Assembly (NCBI GenBank): GCA_001788095.1
Contig: MFZX01000026.1
Span: 1-47,412 of the forward strand
DNA length: 47,412 nt
Direction of reading: 5' to 3'
DNA from: Candidatus Roizmanbacteria bacterium RIFCSPHIGHO2_12_FULL_37_23
Lineage (GTDB): Bacteria > Patescibacteriota > Microgenomatia > UBA1406 > HO2-37-13b
Of the stretch, positions 36,586-47,300 are shown piece after piece. The translations under genes and the position numbers were made by a program. The notes under the pieces were generated by a model that saw only the letters and a program-made list of their open reading frames with translations, was not told the origin of the DNA and made no database searches. Each line of letters opens with the position of its first letter. The stretch's first letter is position 1.

Positions 36586-37545
36586 TTAGTTCAATGATAC
36601 GAAGTACTCTATAGTCTTTTTGAGACCTGTTTCTAGACTAACAGTTGGAGTCCAGTCTAAAAGATTCTTTGCTCGCTCAATATCAGGCTTTCGTTTTTTC
36701 GGATCATCTTGGGGAAGACTTTCTGACATGATTATTGTGCTTTTAGAATGAGTGAGTTCTTTTACCATGTGAGCATATTCTGCAACAGTATGTTCTATTG
36801 GGTTACCAAGATTTATGACATTCTCACTGAGTTTATTTGTGAACATTAATCGCATCAATCCCTCTACCAGATCGTCAACATAGCATAATGAGCGAGTTTG
36901 AGAACCATCACCATATATGGTAATTGATTCATGAGCTAATGCTTGTAATATAAAATTTACTATCATTCTCTTATCTTGTTTTTGCATTCGAGGCCCAAAC
37001 GTATTAAATATGCGGGCTATTCTCGTATCCACGTTTCTTTTTCTCTGAAAAAACGATGTAATTGTTTCACCAAAGCGTTTGGATTCATCATAGACTGAGC
37101 GTGGTCCTATGGTAGATGTATTTCCTTTATAATCCTCTGACTGTGGATGTTCTAGTGGATCCCCGTATATTTCCGAAGATGAACTAAAGAGGAATCGAGC
37201 TTTATTATGTTCTGCAATCTCAAGCATCTTAAGCGTTCCTATTGTGTTGACCATCATTGTTTCTAAACCCAAGGCGTGATAACTGATTTTACTATGATGG
37301 TTGGGTGAAGCAGGTGAAGCTAAGTGGAAAACGTAATGCACATCTCCAATGTCGTGAGTAAGATCTTCAGTTACGTTGTGTTTAATAAATTGGAAGTTCT
37401 TATTTTTTAACAACTGTCTGATATTGTTTTCACTCCCTGTAATGAGATTGTCTAAGCAAATAACCTTGAATTCGTCCTTAATAAGTTTATCGCACAGATG
37501 AGATCCTATAAATCCACAACCTCCGGAAACAAGAGCTGTTTTCAT
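36586..37545 (-). CDS. UDP-glucuronate decarboxylase (UDP-xylose synthase), extended SDR
   Basis: GGCGFIGSHL, HLASPASP, SEIYGDP, RSVYDESKR, RIFNTFGPRM and DDP..R.PDI. Confidence 0.9.
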   Translation of the reverse strand: MKTALVSGGCGFIGSHLCDKLIKDEFKVICLDNLITGSENNIRQLLKNKNFQFIKHNVTEDLTHDIGDVHYVFHLASPASPNHHSKISYHALGLETMMVNTIGTLKMLEIAEHNKARFLFSSSSEIYGDPLEHPQSEDYKGNTSTIGPRSVYDESKRFGETITSFFQRKRNVDTRIARIFNTFGPRMQKQDKRMIVNFILQALAHESITIYGDGSQTRSLCYVDDLVEGLMRLMFTNKLSENVINLGNPIEHTVAEYAHMVKELTHSKSTIIMSESLPQDDPKKRKPDIERAKNLLDWTPTVSLETGLKKTIEYFVSLN

Positions 37546-37558
37546 ATAAGGTAAAAAA

Positions 37559-38848
37559 CTATTGTCGACCCACGGCATAGTAAGTAAATCCTATCTCCTT
37601 AATAGTTGTAGGGTCATAAATATTTCTTCCGTCAATAATAACTGGTGTCTTCATGAGATCCTTAATTGCATGCAAATTGATCTGTTTAAATTCATTCCAT
37701 TCAGTAAGGATAATAAGCGCATCGGTATCTTTTACTGCATCAAAAGCACTTCGTACAAAAATTATTCCATGATTTAACTCTTTCTTGGTGTGCTCCATTG
37801 CTTGGGGATCATAAGCTTTGATTTTGTAACCATGGGCGAGAAGTTTTTCTATGATATAAATAGAAGGAGCAAATCTTATATCATCAGTATTTGGTTTAAA
37901 CGAAAGCCCCCATATACCAATATTTTTTGATGGTGTTTTGGAAATAATTTTTTCTATAAAATTATCTCGTGCACGTTGATTGATATCATTAACAGCTATT
38001 AAAAGTTTCATATCAATTCCCAAAGATTCACCTGTTTTAATAAGTGCTAGAACATCTTTTGGGAAACAGCTACCACCGTATCCGATTCCAGGGAAAAGAA
38101 ATGATCTTCCAATCCGTTTATCAAGTCCTACGCCATCAAGAACTTCCTCGACATCCGCTCCTGTTTTTTCACACAAAAAGGATACAAGGTTGGCAAAGGA
38201 AATTTTTGTAGATAATATTGAATTCGAAGCGTACTTAATAATTTCAGCAGATTCGAGTCTGACGATTATCCTTTCTCCAGGTAAAGGTTTATGTAGTTTT
38301 AACAACATTTGTATAGCCCTTTTAGAATCAGATCCAACTACTACTCTGTCTGGAAAAAAAGTATCATTAACTGCAGTGCCCTCTCTTAAAAATTCCGGGC
38401 AAGAAGCAACATCGAATAGAGCATTTTTTGGCTTATTCTTTTCAATGATGTCTTTAATTTTTCTATTTGTACCTACTGGAACAGTGCTTTTACAAGATAT
38501 AACTGAATAATGTTTACCAAGATGCTTGCTAATTTCTTTTGCAACTGAAAAAATTGATGTGAGATCTGCTTCTCCGTTTTCCTTTGGTGGTGTACCGACA
38601 GCGAGAAATATTATTTCAGAAGAAGGAATCGCAACATTATAATCTGTAGTAAAAATTATACGTTTGGCAAGTAGGTTTCTTTTGAGGACCTCCTGTAGAC
38701 CAGGCTCAAAAATAATAGGATCCCCGCTTTCTAGTTTCTTAATTTTTTCAGGTGTTCTTCCAATAACGTAGACTGTATTTCCAAGATCAGCAAAGACGCA
38801 GGCAGTGACAATTCCCACATATCCGTGACCAACAAAAGTGATCGTCAT
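37559..38848 (-). CDS. ugd: UDP-glucose 6-dehydrogenase
   Basis: GHGYVG, KSTVPVGT, PEFLREG, GYGGSCFPKD, FKPNTDD and DGRN. Confidence 0.94.
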   Translation of the reverse strand: MTITFVGHGYVGIVTACVFADLGNTVYVIGRTPEKIKKLESGDPIIFEPGLQEVLKRNLLAKRIIFTTDYNVAIPSSEIIFLAVGTPPKENGEADLTSIFSVAKEISKHLGKHYSVISCKSTVPVGTNRKIKDIIEKNKPKNALFDVASCPEFLREGTAVNDTFFPDRVVVGSDSKRAIQMLLKLHKPLPGERIIVRLESAEIIKYASNSILSTKISFANLVSFLCEKTGADVEEVLDGVGLDKRIGRSFLFPGIGYGGSCFPKDVLALIKTGESLGIDMKLLIAVNDINQRARDNFIEKIISKTPSKNIGIWGLSFKPNTDDIRFAPSIYIIEKLLAHGYKIKAYDPQAMEHTKKELNHGIIFVRSAFDAVKDTDALIILTEWNEFKQINLHAIKDLMKTPVIIDGRNIYDPTTIKEIGFTYYAVGRQ

Positions 38849-38893
38849 AAGTCTCAATGATAAACCACGAGTTCACAAAAAACAAGGGAGCCA

Positions 38894-38922
38894 TTGACCG
38901 TCCATTCAGTATTTGTTAAACT
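38894..38922 (+). promoter_or_regulatory. sigma70 promoter TTGACC-17-TAAACT (leaderless)
   Basis: The -10 element ends 7 nt before the ATG at 38930. Confidence 0.7.
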
Positions 38923-38929
38923 AGAAAAT

Positions 38930-39496
38930 ATGTCCAATAGCGACGAATTACAGGAAAATACTCGTGGTGCAAGAGAAATTGATTTTGAGGCTCATCTAGC
39001 CACTGAACAAACCGCACATCCGATTCTTGAAACAGTAATAAAGCGAATTCAGACTGAAGTTTTTCGATTACGCTTAGAAAGCGAATCAGCTGATCCAGAA
39101 TCGAGAGCAGACATTTTTGATAGAGTTTTGCAATTAGAAGCTGATCGAGGTTTTCTTGAACAAGTTGCAACACAGTATAGGGGATGGGGACGAATGAATG
39201 ATTTATCACACGCACTTATTTATAAAGGGAAAATTGATGAATTATTAACTAGATATGAAGATCTTGGTACTCTTGCATGGGGATATGAAACTGTCTATTT
39301 ACATGGGCAGTTATCTGCTCCTGAACTTCAAGGAAAAGGTATAGTTACAGAAAAACCTAGTTTTAAAACCAGGCAAGAATTTGATGCAATGAGTCCAACA
39401 CTCCAAAATAAATATGAACCGATGCAAGTTTTACGCTCCATCACTATTCCAGTAAGTACGGATGCTTTGGAACCAGTACTTGATAGAGTTGCTTAA
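38930..39496 (+). CDS. Hypothetical acidic soluble protein
   Basis: ORF with its own consensus promoter; no recognisable motif. Confidence 0.7.
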   Translation: MSNSDELQENTRGAREIDFEAHLATEQTAHPILETVIKRIQTEVFRLRLESESADPESRADIFDRVLQLEADRGFLEQVATQYRGWGRMNDLSHALIYKGKIDELLTRYEDLGTLAWGYETVYLHGQLSAPELQGKGIVTEKPSFKTRQEFDAMSPTLQNKYEPMQVLRSITIPVSTDALEPVLDRVA

Positions 39497-40344
39497 ATGT
39501 GTGAAAGCATTTTCTTTAGATATAGTAGTCCTTCTTCAAATGATTTCATTGTATAAAAATGATTTCCCTTTGATTTTAGAATACTATTTTTTGGACGCAA
39601 TGCTTTATCTTTGTAAAATTCAGAATAGGTTGTTTTTCCAATAAGATCCTTATTAAATCCATAAACTTTGCATATAGTATGGATGATATCGTATCCAGTC
39701 AAACTATCTGCTCCTACAATGTGGAAAATTTTTGGTGAAAAGTTTGAGAAAAGATATTTGACAGCGTAGGCAACATCATCTATAAGGGTGGGTGTAAAAT
39801 ATTGATCTATAATACCCTTAATTTCTTTTCCTTGTTTGAGTCCTGATACAATACTTTCAACGATATCCTTCTTATATGAAACCTTTCCACCATATGGATA
39901 GTCTAGTCGTATTATCATACCCCTACCTTCAACAATTTTTTCACCTTCATATTTAGTTTTTCCATAAAATGAGATTGGATTTCTGGTCGAATCCTCATAA
40001 TACGGTGGGTGTTCCCCATCGAATACGAATCCAGTGGAAATAAATACCATTTTCTTACCTTTTTCTTCAACTGCTTCAAAGATATTCTTTGTTCCGTCAA
40101 CATTTATTTTCCATACTACCTCTTGCTTACTTTCCGCACTATCGACGTCAGTATATGCCGCAAGATGTAAAAAAATATCGAAATTGGTTTCACCGATTAT
40201 CTCATTGACCTTATCTTTATCAGTGATGTCCATTGAGCTCTCAGGAATATTGATGAATTCGAAATCATTTTTGAGAAGAGTGTTGATGCGTGAACCAATA
40301 AGTCCATCAAGTCCAGTTGCAGCGATTATAAGTTTTGGTTTCAT
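39493..40344 (-). CDS. rfbD: dTDP-4-dehydrorhamnose reductase family (RmlD/RfbD)
   Basis: TG..GLIG, HLAAYTDVD.AE, IST.FVFDG and YGKTKYEGE. Confidence 0.85.
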   Translation of the reverse strand: MKPKLIIAATGLDGLIGSRINTLLKNDFEFINIPESSMDITDKDKVNEIIGETNFDIFLHLAAYTDVDSAESKQEVVWKINVDGTKNIFEAVEEKGKKMVFISTGFVFDGEHPPYYEDSTRNPISFYGKTKYEGEKIVEGRGMIIRLDYPYGGKVSYKKDIVESIVSGLKQGKEIKGIIDQYFTPTLIDDVAYAVKYLFSNFSPKIFHIVGADSLTGYDIIHTICKVYGFNKDLIGKTTYSEFYKDKALRPKNSILKSKGNHFYTMKSFEEGLLYLKKMLSHI

Positions 40345-40388
40345 GTAGATCCTTGACAATTATTATACATTGTAAGACAATCAATCAT

Positions 40389-40661
40389 ATGACTGATATT
40401 AATCAGATACTTATTGTAGCAGCAATCACAGTTATGACTATTATCTTAGCTATTATTGGTATCCAATTAATTTTTATGCTTAGAGAAGTGCGAAATCTCC
40501 TTAAACGAACGGATGCAATTATGAGTAAAGTAGAAAGTTTTGGGTTAAACATAGAGCATAGTTTCGGAGAAATCACTGGATTTGTTACAGGAATAAAAAA
40601 ACTTTTAGTTGTTGCAGAGCACTTATCTGAGAGAAAAAGGAAAAAAGATGGTAAAAAATAA
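40389..40661 (+). CDS. Small membrane-anchored protein (DUF948/YtxG-like)
   Basis: N-terminal TM followed by an amphipathic helix; lies upstream of a YtxH-like gene; TTGACA at 40353. Confidence 0.65.
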   Translation: MTDINQILIVAAITVMTIILAIIGIQLIFMLREVRNLLKRTDAIMSKVESFGLNIEHSFGEITGFVTGIKKLLVVAEHLSERKRKKDGKK

Positions 40662-40974
40662 CACACAAGATCAGAATAGTTTTTGGAATGGGTTAATGTT
40701 AGGAAGTATAGTGGGATCGTCCGTATTATATTTTTTCGGAACAAAAAAAGGTCGAGAGAAACTTCGTAATATATTAGACGCAGTTGATGATCTTGATGAT
40801 GTTATATTAGAGGAACTTGATCTAGGAAAAGAAGCGAGCATGAAAAAGAATAAAGATGAACACGAAGAGGTTACATCCAATATACACGCGGTTTTAGATA
40901 AAATTCAATCATCACTTCCTACGCGCAAAGAAATTCAAAAATATTTTGTAAAAGATGGCAAACTTCTTAAATAA
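40648..40974 (+). CDS. YtxH domain-containing protein
   Basis: FWNGLMLGSIVG.....FF..KKGREKLR pattern. Confidence 0.75.
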   Translation: MVKNNTQDQNSFWNGLMLGSIVGSSVLYFFGTKKGREKLRNILDAVDDLDDVILEELDLGKEASMKKNKDEHEEVTSNIHAVLDKIQSSLPTRKEIQKYFVKDGKLLK

Positions 40975-40992
40975 TCTTTGGTACAATTTCGC

Positions 40993-41021
40993 TTGACAAG
41001 AAAGGATAGATTTAGTATAGT
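40993..41021 (+). promoter_or_regulatory. rpoB promoter TTGACA-17-TATAGT
   Basis: Near-consensus sigma70 elements about 105 nt upstream of the ATG. Confidence 0.8.
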
Positions 41022-41071
41022 AACGTCAATCGGAATGGTATTTTTTTCTTAAATTTGAGAGGATATACATG

Positions 41072-41103
41072 ATAGGCCGTTAGGTCGGCCTATATATTTT
41101 TTT
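41072..41103 (+). terminator. Terminator-like hairpin in the rpoB leader (candidate attenuator)
   Basis: ATAGGCCG-TTAGGT-CGGCCTAT followed by ATATTTTTTT. Confidence 0.6.
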
Positions 41104-41127
41104 ATACTATTTTCTAAAACACCTCGA

Positions 41128-44100
41128 ATGAAACAAGCTCTTACACGTCGAGTTAATATTGGTAGCACAGATAATTTTGAAGAGCTCGATCTTATCGAAA
41201 TTCAAAAACGTTCTTGGGAGCAGTTTCTTGATAAAGACCTCACTAAAATACTTCATGAATTCTTTCCAATAGAGGACTATACAAAGAAGAGTTATGTTTT
41301 AGAATTGCTTGATGTCTCTTATGGTGAACCACGATTTAGTGAAGAAGAATGCATTGATAAAAAACTGACATATCAATTTCCAGTATATATTAAGGTAAAA
41401 CTTCTAAATAAAAAAAGAGAGAAAGAAAAAATACAAGATGTGTATTTTTTTAATCTTCCCAGAATGACTTCTCGCGGAACATTTGTTATTAATGGAATTG
41501 AGCGCTGTATCATTAGTCAGATCGTTCGAGCACCAGGTGTTTACTTTACTGCAGAAGTAGATAAATCAACAGGAGCAACAGTATACAACGCAGAAGTTAG
41601 ACCATATATTGGTGCTTGGCTAGATTTTACAATCTCTAAACATAATCTTATTGAAGCAAAAATTAATAAACGTAGAAAGTTTCTAGCAACCTCATTACTG
41701 AGGAGCTTAAAGGATTTATCTGACAATGAACTTTTAAGCTTGTTTAAAGACTTAGATAGGGAATTAGTCACCAAGTTTATTGTACCTACTTTAGAAAAAG
41801 ATGGACCAAAAACAAAGGACGAATCGATTCTCGAGATTTATAAAAAACTTAGACCTGGAGAACCTTTAGTTCTTTCAACTGCAAACGAAACTTTCAAAAA
41901 CTTATTTTTCAATCCAAGAAGATATACTCTTTCCGAGATTGGTAGATATAAAATGAACAGAAAGTTTAACGTCGATGTTCCTCTTGAAAAGGACAATCTC
42001 GTGCTTCGACTTGAAGATGTTGTCCAGATTATTTCATATCTCGTTAACTTAACTCAAGAAAAGGGAGGGTTTGATGATATTGATCATCTTGCAAATAGAC
42101 GACTTAGAACCGCAGGAGAGCTTGTTGGTATGTATGGCGTGAGAGTAGGTATGGTTCGAACAGAACGAGATATTAAATCGCGTATGAGTATGACTGTAGC
42201 GGATGGTGATGTTATGCCTTCACAAGTAATAAATAGTAAATCACTTGTTGCAACAACAAATTCATTCTTTAGAACAAGCCAGCTTTCTACGATCGTTGAT
42301 CAAACAAATCCTCTTTCCGAAGCAGATAACTTAAGAAGACTAACAGTTGGTGGGCCAGGAGGCATCCAGAAAGAAAGAGCATCATTCTCAATAAGAGATA
42401 TTTCTTCATCTCAATACGGCAGAATTTGTCCAGTCAGATCTCCTGAAGGACCAAATATTGGTGTAGTGACATATTTAGCTATGTATGCGCGCGTGAATAG
42501 ATTTGGTTTTATTGAAAGTCCTTATCGGAAGGTCGAACCTTATAAAAAAGGAGCCAAGAATACAGTAAGAATTACTGACAAAATTGAATATCTTCAAGCA
42601 GACGATGAGGAAAATCATTACATTACACATTCAGGTATTGATATTGATAATGATGATGTCATTCAGCAAGACAGAGTTGCTGCACGATACAAAGGAGAAA
42701 TAATAGAAATTCCTGCTGAACAGATAGAATTTATTGACATCTCGCCACGCCAGGTGTTTGGTATTGCCGCTGCTCTCATTCCCTTCCTCCAGCATGATGA
42801 TGCAAGCCGTGCATTAATGGGGAGCCATATGTTATGTCAGGCTGTCCCCTTGGTTAATCCTACAGCCCCCTATGTTGGAACTGGTTTAGAAAGTAAAATT
42901 GCAACAGCACTTGGTAGAACGATTTATTCTCCAGAAGATGCTGTCGTAGATTATGTTGATTCAAACAAGCTTATTTTAATAGGTAAATCAAAGAAGAAGT
43001 ATACGTACAATCTCGAACGATTTGTAAAGACGAACAAGGATGTAGTATTTGACCAAAGACCACGGGTTAATCTCGGTCAAAAGGTAAAAAAAGGAGACGT
43101 TATTATAGATGGTCCAGCAACTGAGAATGGCGAACTTGCTGTAGGCCAGAATCTCGTTGTTGCCTATGCCTCATTGGATGGACTTGGATATGAAGATGGT
43201 TTTGTCGTGTCTGAAAGACTTGTCAAACAAGATCTTTTAACATCAAGCGTCATGGAAGAGTTTACCGCAGATGTTGTTGATACGAAGTTGGGTGCAGAAG
43301 AACTTACACGAGATATTCCAAACGTACGTGATGAGATTTTAGCAAATCTTGACAACGATGGTCTTGTAATAGTTGGAGCTGAAGTACAGGCGGGAGATAT
43401 CCTCGTTGGGAAAGTTGCTCCAAAAGGGGAAAAGGAATTAAGCGCAGAGGAGAGACTTCTGAGAGCTATATTTGGAGAGAAAGCAAAAGATGTAAAAGAT
43501 ACGTCGCTTCGTATGCCATATGGCAAAAAGGGTCTTGTTGTCGATGTAAAGGTTATCGATGCAAAAAAAGAACCTAACGAACTCGACCCTGGGATTTTGA
43601 AAAGAATCATCGTTACAATTGGAGAGGTAAGAAAAATTAAGGTTGGTGATAAACTAGCTGGAAGACACGGTAATAAAGGTGTTATCTCTAAGATCTTACC
43701 AGCGCAAGACATGCCTTATTTAGAAGATGGAACCCCTGTTGATATTGTAATATCACCTTTGTCGGTTCTTTCAAGAATGAACCTAGGTCAGTTATATGAA
43801 ACAATGCTAGGTATGGCTGCATATAAACAAAAAACGAAATTCGCTATTCCAGTTTTCGAAAAAATAAGCGAAGAATTTGTTCGCAAGGAATTAGAGAAGG
43901 TTGGTATTAATTTCGATGGAAAAACAATTTTACGTGATGGAAGGACAGGTCAAGCGTACGAAAAACCAGTTCTTGTAGGAATAGGATATATTTTAAAACT
44001 TGTCCATATGATAGAGGATAAGTTCCATGCGCGGTCAACAGGACCTTACTCTCTTGTCACACAACAGCCGCTTGGGGGCAAATCCCAGATGGGTGGTCAG

Positions 44101-44322
44101 AGATTTGGAGAAATGGAGGTTTGGGCCCTTGAGAGCCATAGAATGCCACATGCTCTTCAAGAACTACTCACAGTTAAAAGTGACGATGTACAGGGCAGAA
44201 GAAAGGCATTTGAGGCAATTATAAAAGGCGTAGATATTCCTCAATCAACAATTCCAGAATCGTTTAATGTACTTGTAAAGGAATTAAATGCATTAGGTTT
44301 AGATGTTAAACCAGTCAAATAA
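41128..44322 (+). CDS. rpoB: DNA-directed RNA polymerase subunit beta
   Basis: [29 protein letters not shown] and [12 protein letters not shown]. Confidence 0.99.
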   Translation: MKQALTRRVNIGSTDNFEELDLIEIQKRSWEQFLDKDLTKILHEFFPIEDYTKKSYVLELLDVSYGEPRFSEEECIDKKLTYQFPVYIKVKLLNKKREKEKIQDVYFFNLPRMTSRGTFVINGIERCIISQIVRAPGVYFTAEVDKSTGATVYNAEVRPYIGAWLDFTISKHNLIEAKINKRRKFLATSLLRSLKDLSDNELLSLFKDLDRELVTKFIVPTLEKDGPKTKDESILEIYKKLRPGEPLVLSTANETFKNLFFNPRRYTLSEIGRYKMNRKFNVDVPLEKDNLVLRLEDVVQIISYLVNLTQEKGGFDDIDHLANRRLRTAGELVGMYGVRVGMVRTERDIKSRMSMTVADGDVMPSQVINSKSLVATTNSFFRTSQLSTIVDQTNPLSEADNLRRLTVGGPGGIQKERASFSIRDISSSQYGRICPVRSPEGPNIGVVTYLAMYARVNRFGFIESPYRKVEPYKKGAKNTVRITDKIEYLQADDEENHYITHSGIDIDNDDVIQQDRVAARYKGEIIEIPAEQIEFIDISPRQVFGIAAALIPFLQHDDASRALMGSHMLCQAVPLVNPTAPYVGTGLESKIATALGRTIYSPEDAVVDYVDSNKLILIGKSKKKYTYNLERFVKTNKDVVFDQRPRVNLGQKVKKGDVIIDGPATENGELAVGQNLVVAYASLDGLGYEDGFVVSERLVKQDLLTSSVMEEFTADVVDTKLGAEELTRDIPNVRDEILANLDNDGLVIVGAEVQAGDILVGKVAPKGEKELSAEERLLRAIFGEKAKDVKDTSLRMPYGKKGLVVDVKVIDAKKEPNELDPGILKRIIVTIGEVRKIKVGDKLAGRHGNKGVISKILPAQDMPYLEDGTPVDIVISPLSVLSRMNLGQLYETMLGMAAYKQKTKFAIPVFEKISEEFVRKELEKVGINFDGKTILRDGRTGQAYEKPVLVGIGYILKLVHMIEDKFHARSTGPYSLVTQQPLGGKSQMGGQRFGEMEVWALESHRMPHALQELLTVKSDDVQGRRKAFEAIIKGVDIPQSTIPESFNVLVKELNALGLDVKPVK

Positions 44323-44326
44323 AACA

Positions 44327-47300
44327 ATGAATAATACAAACGAACAAAGAGATTTACAACTGGGTGAATTTTCAGGAATTAAGCTAATGCTCGCGTCTCC
44401 TGAAATAATCGCAGGATGGTCTCATGGTGAAGTATTAAAACCAGAAACTATTAACTATAGAACTTTTAAGCCAGAGAAAGACGGATTATTTGATGAGAGA
44501 ATCTTTGGACCAACAAAAGATTATGAGTGTTATTGTGGAAAATATAAACGAATTCGATATAAAGGTATTGTTTGTGACAGATGCGGTGTTGAGATAACAA
44601 CAAGTGCTGTCAGACGAGAGCGGATGGGTCATATTAAATTGGCGACACCAGTTGCTCACATATGGTATTTTAAAGGTGCTTCATCTCCTCTAAGTATTTT
44701 ACTTAACATCACCGCTAACAATTTAGAAAGAATAATTTACTACGCGCTTTATCTTGTTAAAGACGTAAATGAAGATAAAAGAAAAAGTACGCTTGAAAAA
44801 ATTGAGGAAGTTCGAGAGAAGGAGCTTGAAGAATTGAAAGTATGGCACGATGCGGAAAAAGAGAAAGTTAAAAAAGAAGAGCAAGATGCCCAGCAATCTG
44901 CAAAAGGAAAAGTGAAAAACAAAGAACAGTTAGACTTGACCTTGAACGAAATCGAGTTTAAATTCCGGGAGAAATATACTTCACTAACTAAACAATTTGC
45001 TGATAAGAAAAATGAAAAAGAAACATATTTTGAGAGGATTGGTAAGGTAGTGAAAAATTCAACAAAACTTTCTATTATCGAAGAGGAAGATTATCTTTTC
45101 CTTAAAGAAATTAAAGCGGAAGATTATGCTATCGTAGGAATGGGTTCTGAGGTTTTGCTTGAGGTGCTCGCGAGTCTAGATCTTAAAAATGAATATTTAA
45201 AAGTTACTAAAAAATTAACAAGACAAAAGGGAGACAAACGCACAAAGCTTTTGAAACGAATTCGTCTTATGGAGGCATTTATTAAGTCCGGAATTTCGCC
45301 TCAATGGATGATTCTTGTAGTTCTTCCTGTTATTCCTCCAGATTTACGACCAGTTGTCCAGCTTGCAGGAGGTAAATTTGCGACCTCGGATCTTAACGAT
45401 TTTTATAGAAGAGTGATCAACAGAAATAATCGCCTAAAGCATCTTATTGAACTCGGTGCACCGGAAATAATTTTACGTAATGAAAAAAGAATGCTTCAGG
45501 AAGCAGTAGATTCTCTTATTGATTTGTCAAAATCACGTGGTTCCAAGAGACGAACAATCCGCACACGTGCTTTGAAGTCTTTATCAGATATACTCAAAGG
45601 GAAACAAGGAAGATTCCGACAAAATTTGCTTGGTAAACGTGTAGATTATTCTGGTCGATCAGTCATTATTGTTGGACCAGAGCTGAAACTTAACCAATGC
45701 GGATTACCTAAGGAGATGGCCCTGGAGCTTTTTAAGCCATTTCTTTTACGTGAAATTATTATTAGGGGTTTGGCACAGAACATAAAAAGTGCTAAGAATT
45801 ATTTGGAAACTAAAGATCCGATTATCTATGATATTCTTGAGGAAATTACAAAAGACCACCCCGTGATGCTTAACCGCGCGCCCACGCTTCACAAACTCTC
45901 AATTCTCGGTTTTTATCCAGTATTAACAGATGATTATGCTATCAAGCTTCATCCTGTTGTATGTCAAGGATATAATGCCGATTTTGACGGAGATCAAATG
46001 GGAGTTTATGTACCTTTATCTAAAAAAGCAATTGAAGAAATTGAAGATAGAATGCTACCTGAAAACAACTTTTTGAAACCTTCAGACGGAACTCCTATAC
46101 TTGTACCTAATAAAGAAATGGCTCTTGGATGTTATTATTTAACCACAGTAAATGAAGAATATAAAGATGTAAAGGATGAAGAACTCAAATTTCATGGAAG
46201 TGAAAATGAAGCTTTACTGGCGTATGCCCTAACCACTCTTAAATTAAGACAACCAATATTGGTAAGAATAAATGAAAAGGTGATTCGTACAACAATTGGT
46301 CGAATCCTTTTAAATCAACAACTTCCTGAAGAACTTCAATATATTAATGAATCAGTCAAAGCAGCTGATCTTAAAGGGCTTGTCGTTCAAGCAACTCAAA
46401 TATTTAAAGATGATGAAAAGAAAGTAGCTGACCTTATTGACCGTTTGAAAGAGCTTGGTTTCTGGGGAGCAACAATTGCAGGCGGTGTTTCTGTTTCTGT
46501 ATTTGATTGCTCAATTGTCAAAGAGAAAAATTTACTTATTATTGAGGCTGAAAAGAAAGTTCGAGATATTGAACAAAATTATTACAAAGGTCTTATAACT
46601 GATGAAGAAAAGAAAAGAATGTCCAATAATATTTGGATTGATACAACAGAACAAATAGCAAATAAAACATGGGACTTAATCGAAGAAGAAAATCCCGTCA
46701 AAATCATCATTAAATCTGGGGGAGCAAGAGCCTCAAGAGAACAACTGAAACAGCTCTCTGCGATGAAAGGATTAGTCATTGACCCTCTTGGTAAAATCAT
46801 TGAAGTTCCAACAAAATCAAATTATCGAGAGGGATTATCTATTTTTGAATACATCATTAATGCTCGCGGTGCAAGAAAAGGTCTTATAGACTCAGCTCTA
46901 AAAACAGCAGATGCCGGATATCTTACAAGACGTCTCGTTGATGTATCTCACGACGTGATTGTGAGGGAAGACGATTGTAAAAGCCCGGAGGGATTACTTA
47001 TTGAGAAAGAAGGAGAACGTGGGGAGAAGTTCCTTGAGAGAATCAGAGGAAGACATCTATCTAAACCTCTTCATAACAAAAATAAGAAACTCCTGTTTAA
47101 GAGAAATGAACTTATTACGGATGCAGTTCTTAAAGAAATAACCACAAATGGGATTGATAAGGTTTGGGTGAGGTCCCCTCTTCAATGTCAGACTGAATAC
47201 GGTGTATGTTTAAAATGTTATGGTATTGATTGGTCAACAAACAAGATGGTGGAGATTGGAACTCCTGTTGGAGTTCTTGCTGCTCAATCGATTGGTGAAC

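Noticed and set aside
37980-38510. 176-aa plus-strand ORF
   Set aside because: It is an antisense shadow of ugd with no motif or start signal.
43164-43712. 182-aa minus-strand ORF
   Set aside because: It is an antisense shadow of conserved rpoB.
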